A DNA stretch of 64,000 nt, from the NCBI GenBank assembly GCA_050251055.1, contig JBFWNL010000001.1, positions 75,825-139,824 on the forward strand, in the 5' to 3' direction. The translations under genes and the position numbers were made by a program. The stretch's first letter is position 1, and each line of letters opens with the position of its first letter. Below are positions 19,060 to 27,343 of the stretch, in pieces. The notes below the pieces were generated by a model, which did not search any database, was not told the DNA's origin, and worked only from the letters and a program-made list of their open reading frames with translations. Source of the DNA: Bacteriovoracia bacterium. Its GTDB lineage: Bacteria; Bdellovibrionota; UBA1018; JBFWNL01.

Positions 19060-20099
19060 GTCCTGCCGCCCCCAATACCGCGCCTTACCTGGGGCGCTTG
19101 GTTTTTTCCCTGATCGTCATCGGGCTGTTTTTCTACATCTGCGCGCCCTTCGTCATTCCGGTTTCCATGGGCGCGATCTTCGCGATTCTCTTCTATCCCT
19201 ACATGGCTAAGCTCGAGCGGCGTAAGCTCGGCCACACCGCGGCGGCGGCACTGCTTACGCTCGCCATCACGTTCATTCTGATTTTGCCCCTGGGTTACAT
19301 GGTTTTCATGGGCGCGAAGGTGGGTCTGCAGCAGCTCGGGCATTTCCAGACCCCGCAGAGCGACTGGGTGGCCGAGGTGGTCGCCCATCCGCGGGTGAAG
19401 GGAGTTTTGGACAGCGTTTCCACCGTGTTCCCGATCGATACGCAGGAGCTGGTGAGTAACGCCCACGACATCGTACAAGCGGCGGCCGGCAAGCTCGCCG
19501 CTAGTTTTGCAGAGCTGGTGGGGAAGTTGCCGGCGTTTTCGATGGCGCTGGCCGTCGTGCTCGTGAGTCTGTTCTTTTTCCTGCGTGATGGCGGGCAGTT
19601 CGTGGATTCCCTGCGCTCTTACTCGTTTTACACGCCTAAGCAGACAAATCGTCTGATTCAAACCTTCGGCAGCATGTGCCGCTCGGTGATCCTGGCCACG
19701 GTGGCCTCGGGCGCGGCGCAGGCGCTGATATTCCTCGTGGCGATGCTCGTGTTCGGCGCCCCCAAAGCGGTGCTGATCAGCCTGATTGTTTTCTTCGCTT
19801 CCTTCGTGCCGCTCGTGGGCGCGGCGCCGGTCACGTTCGGCGTCGTGGTTTACCAGTTCCTATCCGATCGGCCCATTGCCGGGGTCGCCCTGGGGATCGT
19901 CGCGGTATTGATCACGCTCGTCGATAACATCATTCGCCCCTGGGTGCTCAAGGACGCCGGAAATCTTCACCCTTTGATCGCTTTCATCTCGGCCTTCGGC
20001 GGATTGCAGGCGCTGGGCGTGACGGGCGTGTTTCTGGGGCCCATCATTGCCGCCGTCTTTATGGTGATGCTGCAGATTCTCTTTAAACAGGAAGCTTAG
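19056..20099 (+). CDS. AI-2E family transporter
   Basis: Multi-TM protein; FFFLRDG, DNIIRPW, LHPLIAFISAFGG...GVFLGPII. GTG start overlaps the upstream stop. Confidence 0.88.
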   Translation: MSPAAPNTAPYLGRLVFSLIVIGLFFYICAPFVIPVSMGAIFAILFYPYMAKLERRKLGHTAAAALLTLAITFILILPLGYMVFMGAKVGLQQLGHFQTPQSDWVAEVVAHPRVKGVLDSVSTVFPIDTQELVSNAHDIVQAAAGKLAASFAELVGKLPAFSMALAVVLVSLFFFLRDGGQFVDSLRSYSFYTPKQTNRLIQTFGSMCRSVILATVASGAAQALIFLVAMLVFGAPKAVLISLIVFFASFVPLVGAAPVTFGVVVYQFLSDRPIAGVALGIVAVLITLVDNIIRPWVLKDAGNLHPLIAFISAFGGLQALGVTGVFLGPIIAAVFMVMLQILFKQEA

Positions 20100-20106
20100 G
20101 CGCTCG

Positions 20107-20694
20107 CTATTCCGGCAGTCGCGTATGGGCGTCGATGACGGCGTCCCGCAGCTGTTCCGCTTGCACGGTACTGCCGCGCAGATCCGCGCCGCGCAGATCG
20201 GCGCCCGTGAAGTTGGCGCCCTCGACGCGTGCATCTCGCAAGTCGGCGTTTTGTAGATTCGCTCCCTGAAAACTCGCGCCGCGCAGATCCGCTTGTTGAA
20301 GGTCCAGATACTCCATTCCGAATTCGCTCGCGGAGCGACCATTGAAAGAAGCGCCTCGCCCTTGGCAGCCCTGGCCACCGAACTCGCCTCCTGGATCTCC
20401 GAAGTCATCGGGCGTGACGCCAGTAAAGGACACCGAAACGCCCGAGCAGGGGGAAGGCGGGTTTAGCGCACTGAAGCTGCCTTCTACCCCGGGCGTAGCT
20501 TCGCACAGAAAAAGGGCCGGTGGCAGGAGGGGATCGGGTTCGGTCTCCTTAGCCAGGTAACTGGAAGACGGATTCATGCTGCCGCCCACGGCGGAGCAGG
20601 CGCGGAGTCGATACCGTTGGTTACTGTCGATGACGGCACAAGCGGACAGAAATGACAAAAATGTCATTAAAAACAATAGATTAAGCGATTTCAT
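20107..20694 (-). CDS. Pentapeptide-repeat lipoprotein
   Basis: Lipobox LSAC; ADLRG-ASFQG-ANLQN-ADLRD-ARVEG-ANFTG repeats. Confidence 0.8.
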   Translation of the reverse strand: MKSLNLLFLMTFLSFLSACAVIDSNQRYRLRACSAVGGSMNPSSSYLAKETEPDPLLPPALFLCEATPGVEGSFSALNPPSPCSGVSVSFTGVTPDDFGDPGGEFGGQGCQGRGASFNGRSASEFGMEYLDLQQADLRGASFQGANLQNADLRDARVEGANFTGADLRGADLRGSTVQAEQLRDAVIDAHTRLPE

Positions 20695-20897
20695 AGTCCT
20701 CAAACCCTCATTAGCAACCCTAAGAATGACTGTCTGGCCCCGAGTCCAAAGGGTAGCTAATTAGTTAATTTTTAGCAACAATATAAATAAAAAATAAGAT
20801 TTTGCATTGACTCTGTGCGGTGTATTTCGTAAACTTAAGAACTGAAGTGGGCGGATCGTTTACCCACGGTGGGACGTTGGCAAAAAAGGACGATGTT

Positions 20898-21932
20898 ATG
20901 GGCCAGGTAAAAATACAGGATTCGGTACGTTCGTCGCAGGCAGCGAGCCTGTGGTTTGAATTCCCCCGCGCTTTGGCCGCCGCCGTGGCGCTCTGTGTGC
21001 TTTTTTCCGCGGTTTCGGTGCTGGCGGTGGAGAACGCCGGGCAGGTGGTCAGTCTCTCGGGCAAAGTCCTCATCCGTAACGAGGCCAACGTAGGCGGCAA
21101 AGCCATGCGTGAGGTAAAGGCCGGCGACAAAATTTACAAAGGCGATATCGTGAACACCGACAGCACGGCTTCGATGAAGCTGCTGATGACCGACAAGTCG
21201 GTCTTGGACCTGGGGCCGAGCACGTTATTCAAGGTGGACGATTATCAATTGAACAAAGGCGCCGACCGCAAGGTCGATCTCTCGATGAGCTACGGCAAGA
21301 TCCGGGCTTCCATCACCCAGAAGCTCGCCGCCAAGGGACAATTTAAAATCAAAACGAAGGCCGCGACGATGGGCGTGCGCGGAACGGAATTTCTGGTGAA
21401 CGCGGGCGTGGAAGGCCCGGGCCCTGGAGGCAAGGGACCCAAGGGGGCGGCCGCGGGCGGTAACACCACCGTGCAGGTCATCGAAGGACTAGTAGCCGTG
21501 AACACGGGCGCGAAGAAACAAGCGATTCCGCTGGCCCAGGGGCAAGCCCTGCAGGCGAAGATCGCCGCCCCCGGCGAAAAAGGCCGTGGCCCGAGCGCCA
21601 CGCCCGTGGAAGTGAAAGTCGCCCAGATGACCAAGTTGGAAATGAAGGCCGCCGTCTCCGAAGTGAAAGTGGCCGACAATACCTTTAAGGCCGCGGTCGT
21701 GATCGATAACTCGAGCCTGGGTTCCGAAAAGAGCGGAGCAATCACGATGGGTGTGCTCCAAACGGCCATGGCCGGCGCGATGGCGGAAATTTCGCAGTCG
21801 GCTGGTCCTTCGGCCCACGAGCTGGGCTTGCCCGGGACGTTTACCCCGGCCGACATGGGATTCGGTGGCGGGGCGTTTAACCCCGGCTTAAACAACCAGC
21901 GTGCACGCGTAAACGTGACCTTCCGGAAGTAA
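20898..21932 (+). CDS. FecR-domain exported protein (paralog 1)
   Basis: AGQVVSLSGKV, GDIVNT, DKSVLDLGPST, YGKIRAS, ATMGVRGTEF. Start codon uncertain. Confidence 0.8.
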   Translation: MGQVKIQDSVRSSQAASLWFEFPRALAAAVALCVLFSAVSVLAVENAGQVVSLSGKVLIRNEANVGGKAMREVKAGDKIYKGDIVNTDSTASMKLLMTDKSVLDLGPSTLFKVDDYQLNKGADRKVDLSMSYGKIRASITQKLAAKGQFKIKTKAATMGVRGTEFLVNAGVEGPGPGGKGPKGAAAGGNTTVQVIEGLVAVNTGAKKQAIPLAQGQALQAKIAAPGEKGRGPSATPVEVKVAQMTKLEMKAAVSEVKVADNTFKAAVVIDNSSLGSEKSGAITMGVLQTAMAGAMAEISQSAGPSAHELGLPGTFTPADMGFGGGAFNPGLNNQRARVNVTFRK

Positions 21933-21947
21933 GGCGAGGGACACGTC

Positions 21948-24605
21948 ATGCAAAGCCTTAAGCGACATTATCTAATTACCACCTTCAGCTGGTGCGCCGC
22001 CTTGGTGCTCGTGGCCGCCGGATGCGGGAAGGGCGAGGGCGCACGGCTTCGCTTTGAGGTCGAAGGCTCCGGCCTCACGCCCGCCATGTCGATGCTCGGA
22101 GGCCAAGGCTTCGGCAACTTTCTCGTCGGTCAAGGCCCCACGACCATTAATGGTTTTCATTGCTTAGCGGTAAACGTCATCGGACCGGGGATCGCGCCTA
22201 CCTTTATTCCCCAAAATCAATCCGGTTCGGGGCCGGGTTTCAACGGGACGAATGAAGCGCAGATTTTCGAGCGGCTGGTAAACGGTCAATCGCATTGCAC
22301 GTATCCTGGGGTGACGTCGACGGTGGTCTCGATGGCCGAGGGCGGTGCCGTGGAAGTGAGCGTACCGACCGGTCCCAACCGCCTAGTGCAGGTTTTGGGG
22401 CTCGAGCTCGTGAGCGGCGCTTGCCCGGTGGGCACCCGCCCGATCGATCTCTTGATCGACGGTCCCAACGGACAGATCGGCGCGACGAAATTCGTGGCGG
22501 AAGTGGGTCGTCAGCGCGTGGACATCTTCGGCGACATGACCCTGGACATTTCGAATAACTATAACGCCGCGACGGCGGACGATGTTCGTTGTCGCGGAAA
22601 CAGCGGATCAAGTGGATCGAGCTATAAGGAAGTCGTCTTGGCGGACCAGCCCGCGGCGTATTGGCCGATGGATGAAGGTGGAGGCTTGGTCGCGCGTGAT
22701 GCTTCCGGCGCATTGAGCTGCGCGGGGGCGGCTTGCAACGGGGCGCTCGATACGTATATGCAGTTCAGTATTCCTGGCGTGCTTTTGAATTTGCCGGGGA
22801 CCGCGTACCAGTTCGCCGGCTCGGGGAACCCGCCGAACTTCGAAGTAGGCCCGTATTTCGCCTATAGCAATCACGCCACCCAAGACTACCCATTCTCACT
22901 CGAAGCCTGGATTCGGCCGGGTGCCTTGGGCGAACCCCGGGCGATTTTCGGCAAAGGTTTTTCTACCTTTGAGTATGTTTTCCGACTGCAGCCCGACGGT
23001 GCGTATAACATCATGTTATACGGAAGCAACGCCGGATCGAGCATCCAGGCGACTACTTCCGCGCTGGCGAACATCGGCACCGTCAATCACGTGGTGGCGA
23101 CCTACGACGGTTCTCGCTCCGAAGCCGGCCTAAGTATTTACGTGAACGGCGCATTGGCCCCCGTAACCCAGAGCCACACCGGAACCTATGACGTGATGGC
23201 GAACTCCAGCGGCGGTCAGCTTGCTTTGGGCTCTATCTATTATAGCGAACGCTTCGACGGCGATTTCGGGCATGCCGCGGTCTACAGCTACGGGCTTTCG
23301 GCCGCGCAGGTGGCGGCCCACTACAATGCCGGCATTTCACCGCCGTCGTCGTCGAGCGGGGCGGGACGATTGGATTTCGGATATGGGACACCTTACCTGG
23401 CGATCGCCCAAGGGGAGGCTCCCGAAGCTAACTTCCAACACTTGTCTATGGCCTCCGATGTTTACGGCGGAAAACTGGTGGTGGCCGGCGTAAAAGAGTT
23501 TTCGACTACCAAGCACGTCGTGATTGAGCGGTTCCGGGAAGATGGCGCGGTCGACTCGACCTTCCACGGGGGAGCCGCCCAAATCGTAAACGCCAACCTG
23601 CTTTACGCGGGTGCGTCGGCGGTGAAAGTGGTCTCGGTCAAACATTGGAACGCATCCATCTTCGTGGTGGGGAAAGTGGAGATCCCGGCGGTGAACGCTT
23701 GGTTCGTGATTAAACTTTCGAGCGACGGTGAACTGGATACCGCCTTCGATGGCGACGGTTATAAAGATTTCCTACCCGCCGTTGGTTTGAGCGGGATGAA
23801 CATCACCGATATGGTGATTGATTCCGCAGGCATGATTTACATCGGGGGGTATGGCGACGATGCGACGCCCGATACGCACGGGTATATTGCGCAAGTAAAT
23901 GGCACTACCGGTGGCTTGGTCAGTGAAAGGGAGTTCGGTTTCGGCCAGCCGGGTGGAGTCGACGTTTGGATCGATCGCATGCATTACGACTCCGTAACCG
24001 ACCGGGTGTACATAGCCGGGCGGGCGGATAACTACACCGGCCCGCGTGATGTGCTCATGGCGCGTTTAGATAACGCTGGGATTACGTCGGGGACTTACGA
24101 TTGGGCTCAGGTGGTGGAAGCGCCGGGTGCGATCGCCGCGGACCCGGTAACGATCACGGGTATCTCCGTCGGCATTTTTAATGCCATGGCAGTTGGGTAC
24201 TACGGTACCGGCACGCCTGAAGGGTTCATGGTGGCGCGGAATCGATCGGACGGCGTTATGGTTTCCGCGGTCGGAGACGCGGTTAAAAACGCCGTGGTCG
24301 GTGCTTTGAGCACCAGCCTCTACCGGTATAAGGGTATTGTTGCTGACAACCGGGGCATGGTCCTACTCGTCGAAAGTGGCATCTCCGGTGGCCCGCAGCG
24401 GCTGATGGCGTTCCAGCCCAGCGGCGCTCCGTGGGCGGGATTTGGCCCCGGCGGTCCGCTTTCGTTCGTGAGTCAGCCTTATCCAGGAATACCTTTCTCC
24501 ACGGCAGAGCCTTCGCTTGCCGTAGGAGATGGTTTCATTCACGTGGCGCGCTCGCGTAACTTTGGGGGCACGGCCCATCTCAGCGCCAGTCGTTATTACT
24601 GGTAA
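21948..24605 (+). CDS. Surface lipoprotein with LamG-like jellyroll and delta-60-like beta-propeller repeats
   Basis: Lipobox AAGC; YKEVVLADQPAAYWPMDE, FSLEAWIRP, HVVATYDG, AAQVAAHY (LamG); DGAVDSTF and DGELDTAFDGDG repeats. Confidence 0.75.
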   Translation: MQSLKRHYLITTFSWCAALVLVAAGCGKGEGARLRFEVEGSGLTPAMSMLGGQGFGNFLVGQGPTTINGFHCLAVNVIGPGIAPTFIPQNQSGSGPGFNGTNEAQIFERLVNGQSHCTYPGVTSTVVSMAEGGAVEVSVPTGPNRLVQVLGLELVSGACPVGTRPIDLLIDGPNGQIGATKFVAEVGRQRVDIFGDMTLDISNNYNAATADDVRCRGNSGSSGSSYKEVVLADQPAAYWPMDEGGGLVARDASGALSCAGAACNGALDTYMQFSIPGVLLNLPGTAYQFAGSGNPPNFEVGPYFAYSNHATQDYPFSLEAWIRPGALGEPRAIFGKGFSTFEYVFRLQPDGAYNIMLYGSNAGSSIQATTSALANIGTVNHVVATYDGSRSEAGLSIYVNGALAPVTQSHTGTYDVMANSSGGQLALGSIYYSERFDGDFGHAAVYSYGLSAAQVAAHYNAGISPPSSSSGAGRLDFGYGTPYLAIAQGEAPEANFQHLSMASDVYGGKLVVAGVKEFSTTKHVVIERFREDGAVDSTFHGGAAQIVNANLLYAGASAVKVVSVKHWNASIFVVGKVEIPAVNAWFVIKLSSDGELDTAFDGDGYKDFLPAVGLSGMNITDMVIDSAGMIYIGGYGDDATPDTHGYIAQVNGTTGGLVSEREFGFGQPGGVDVWIDRMHYDSVTDRVYIAGRADNYTGPRDVLMARLDNAGITSGTYDWAQVVEAPGAIAADPVTITGISVGIFNAMAVGYYGTGTPEGFMVARNRSDGVMVSAVGDAVKNAVVGALSTSLYRYKGIVADNRGMVLLVESGISGGPQRLMAFQPSGAPWAGFGPGGPLSFVSQPYPGIPFSTAEPSLAVGDGFIHVARSRNFGGTAHLSASRYYW

Positions 24606-24608
24606 CCC

Positions 24609-26204
24609 CTAAAAGAAGGAATAGCTCGCGCCCGCGGAAACGACGAAGCGCGAGTAGGTGTACGCGCTCGCGACCGTGGAGTCGTTCTTGGCGTAGGACG
24701 CATCGGCGAGCAACGTCCACTTCGCGCCCAGCTTATGGGTGAAAGAGACATTGAGCGCGTAATTGCGGTCCACGCGGCTGCCGTACTGGCTAGTGGGGTA
24801 ATGCGTGATCGTGATGCTGGGGCCCGCCGACAAAGTGGACAGCTGCCCGATGGGGACGAGGTTACTGAGCGACAAGCCCAGCGACTTGGAGGCGTATTCG
24901 GTGCCTTCCGTCGATTCGTTGCCGCCACTTAGAGACACCGTGGGATTCCAGTAGCGAGAGCCCGTGTCGTTCTGAAGGTAGATGCGGGCGGAAAGCCCGG
25001 TGCCCGTACGGTTCGTCGACGTGGTGGAAGCGCTATCCGTGAAGTACTTGCGCGTGCCGTAGGTGGCCTGCACGCCCAGGACAAGCTTGGGCTTGATCTC
25101 GGTCTTGAAGTAGGGCCCGAAGTTGGTGGAGAAGCTGTAACCCCCGAATCCGAAGCGCGAGGTGCCGGAGTTCTGGAGCGTGTAGTTGCCTTCGAGCTTC
25201 AGGCCAAAATTCGTGCGATCGAGCGGTTTGCGCGTGACGTAGAGCGAGGCCACGTTCGTGAGAAACTCGCCCGTCTGCGCGGCCGAGTTGAAGTTGAAAT
25301 TGTAAGCCAAGCGATAGTTCGGCACCCATTGAAACGTGCGCAGCGGCGAGGACATGTAGCCGATACCGGCCTGCAGGACTTGCTTGAGCGAGGACTTTCC
25401 GCTGGCGGAAGTGCCGGTGGCGGTGTCCGGCACGGCCAACACGTTGGAATCAAACGAGCTCAAGAGTGCGACGCTGCCGAAGTATTGGCTTCTGTCTAGC
25501 GGCGCGAGCGCCTTCTCCGAAGCTTCGAAAATCTGCTTGGCAATTCCTTTGTTTTCGTCGGAAATGCTTTTGTCATCGAGCGTGTCTTTCGCGCGGTCGC
25601 GGGCCGCGGAAAAGTTTTGCGTCGCGCCCGAGGGGTATTTCATCTTGAGGTAGACTTGGGCGAGGTAAAAGTGGGAAGGCGCCTTTAAGTCGTCGGCGTT
25701 GGATGAAAGCACGCCGTGGAAGTGCTCCTCGGAGGTTTCCCACTCGCCGTCTTTAAAATGCAGCATGCCTAGAAAGAAGTGCGCGGCGCCGACGTTGAAT
25801 TTATGCTCGATCGCTTCGTTTAAGTCGGCCTTAGCCTCCTTGTTTTTCTGGTCCTGAAACTCCATTACGCCCAACTCGAAATAATAAGGCGCGGACTCCG
25901 CAGGGGGGCGCTTTTGTTTTCTTTTTTCGGCGATGAGGGCTCGGTAGACCTTGACGGACTCGGCGCTGCGCTTGTGCGTTTTGAGCGTCAACGCTTTGAG
26001 CTCCATGAACTCCACCGCGTTCGGCGCTTTTTTCAGCAGCTCGTCCAGGAGCTTGAGCGCGTGATCATATTTACGGCCGTTAAAAGCCAATACGGCTTCG
26101 GAATATTCGGGCTCCAGTTTACTGGGGATATCCGCCCGGGCCGGGCTAAGGGAGAGCAAGATCGAGGTGAGCGCCAAATTTACGGCGATGATGCGGGTGT
26201 ACAT
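24609..26204 (-). CDS. TPR plus outer-membrane beta-barrel protein (Slam/DUF560-like)
   Basis: Signal peptide; TPR-like helices (YYFELG, HFFLG, HFYLAQ); barrel begins FDSNV; ends in a BAM-type signal GASYSFF. Confidence 0.7.
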   Translation of the reverse strand: MYTRIIAVNLALTSILLSLSPARADIPSKLEPEYSEAVLAFNGRKYDHALKLLDELLKKAPNAVEFMELKALTLKTHKRSAESVKVYRALIAEKRKQKRPPAESAPYYFELGVMEFQDQKNKEAKADLNEAIEHKFNVGAAHFFLGMLHFKDGEWETSEEHFHGVLSSNADDLKAPSHFYLAQVYLKMKYPSGATQNFSAARDRAKDTLDDKSISDENKGIAKQIFEASEKALAPLDRSQYFGSVALLSSFDSNVLAVPDTATGTSASGKSSLKQVLQAGIGYMSSPLRTFQWVPNYRLAYNFNFNSAAQTGEFLTNVASLYVTRKPLDRTNFGLKLEGNYTLQNSGTSRFGFGGYSFSTNFGPYFKTEIKPKLVLGVQATYGTRKYFTDSASTTSTNRTGTGLSARIYLQNDTGSRYWNPTVSLSGGNESTEGTEYASKSLGLSLSNLVPIGQLSTLSAGPSITITHYPTSQYGSRVDRNYALNVSFTHKLGAKWTLLADASYAKNDSTVASAYTYSRFVVSAGASYSFF

Positions 26205-26227
26205 TTCTGCGTTTCCCTTGTCTTACC

Positions 26228-27259
26228 ATGTTAAACGAGCTTAAAATCGAAGCAATGGTTGTTTTACTTTTTTCCGTGTTTACAATTGCTTCCGTCGCCG
26301 ATGCCGCTCCCGCGGCAAAAAATAACGCCGCTGGCCAAGCAGTCAGCGTCGTTGGCCGCGTGATCTGCCGGAACGAAGACGCCGAGTTAAAGAAGGCCGC
26401 GGTCGTTACGCGGGAATTGAAGGCGGGAGATGCTCTCTTTGAGGGTGACGTTATCAACACGAGCAGCAACTCTTCCGTGAAGCTGATGCTCACCGATAAG
26501 TCGATTGTAGATTTGGGGCCTTCGACCCTCTTCAAGGTGAGTGAGTATCGGGCCAACCGCGCGGATCTGGGTAAGCGCAACGTGAGCATGGAAGTGCTCT
26601 ACGGAAAAATCCGTGCCTCCGTGAATAGCAAGCTCGGCCAAGGCGGATCTTTCAAAGTGAAGACCCGCAGCGCGACGATGGGGGTGCGTGGAACCGAGTT
26701 CGCGATCTTGAGCGAGTTGCTGGGCGCGGAAGCCGAGAAGAGGAAGCCGGGCGGGCCGACGGGGACTTCCGGAAAAGAGCCTCCCGCCCCGGGGAAAACG
26801 GAAATTATCGTGATCGAGGGCAAGGTCGCGGTGAAGGCGGATGGCGCGGGACCGGGCGCAAAAAAAGAAATGATGGTCGCGCAGAATCAGAAGATAACGA
26901 TGACCGCGCCCCCGGCGGATCGCTCCCCGGGCAGCAGCGTGCGCGCGGCTCCCGTCGAAGTGAAGGTCGCGGAAGTTTCCAAGCAGGAGATGCGAGCTGT
27001 GACGTCCGACGTGAAGCTGCAGGACAAGACGTTTACCCAGGCCGTGGTGATCGAAAAAATTGGCGACGGTAAAGCTGGGGGCGCGCAGACTTTGGCCCTT
27101 CTCGGCCAAGCCATGGCCGGGATCCAGGTGGGGCCTACGAATATCGGCGAACTCGGCTTCAGTGGCGGATTTGGCCCGGATTTGGGGTTCGGTGGCGGGA
27201 GCTTCACGCCCGTCTTGCCCGGACAAATGGTGCGGGTCACCGTAAAGTTTACCCCCTAG
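26228..27259 (+). CDS. FecR-domain exported protein (paralog 2)
   Basis: AGQAVSVVGRV, GDVINT, DKSIVDLGPST, YGKIRAS, ATMGVRGTEF; clearly homologous to 20898-21932. Confidence 0.8.
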   Translation: MLNELKIEAMVVLLFSVFTIASVADAAPAAKNNAAGQAVSVVGRVICRNEDAELKKAAVVTRELKAGDALFEGDVINTSSNSSVKLMLTDKSIVDLGPSTLFKVSEYRANRADLGKRNVSMEVLYGKIRASVNSKLGQGGSFKVKTRSATMGVRGTEFAILSELLGAEAEKRKPGGPTGTSGKEPPAPGKTEIIVIEGKVAVKADGAGPGAKKEMMVAQNQKITMTAPPADRSPGSSVRAAPVEVKVAEVSKQEMRAVTSDVKLQDKTFTQAVVIEKIGDGKAGGAQTLALLGQAMAGIQVGPTNIGELGFSGGFGPDLGFGGGSFTPVLPGQMVRVTVKFTP

Positions 27260-27306
27260 TCTGTCAGGAGCCCGTGCGGGGGCGCAATATCTGACTTTTC
27301 CAGTGC

Positions 27307-27335
27307 TTGACACTGCCACTCCGTTTTGCTTTGAT
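27307..27335 (+). promoter_or_regulatory. Candidate sigma70 promoter of top6BA, possibly giving a leaderless mRNA
   Basis: TTGACA (27307-12), 17-nt spacer, extended TG-C-TTTGAT (-10 at 27330-35). ATG is at 27344 with no obvious SD. Confidence 0.4.
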
Positions 27336-27343
27336 GTGGGCCA

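Noticed and set aside
20107-20694. Pentapeptide-repeat protein as a Qnr/MfpA-like topoisomerase protector linked to Topo VI
   Set aside because: It has a lipobox, only a short repeat tract, and lies more than 6 kb from top6B.
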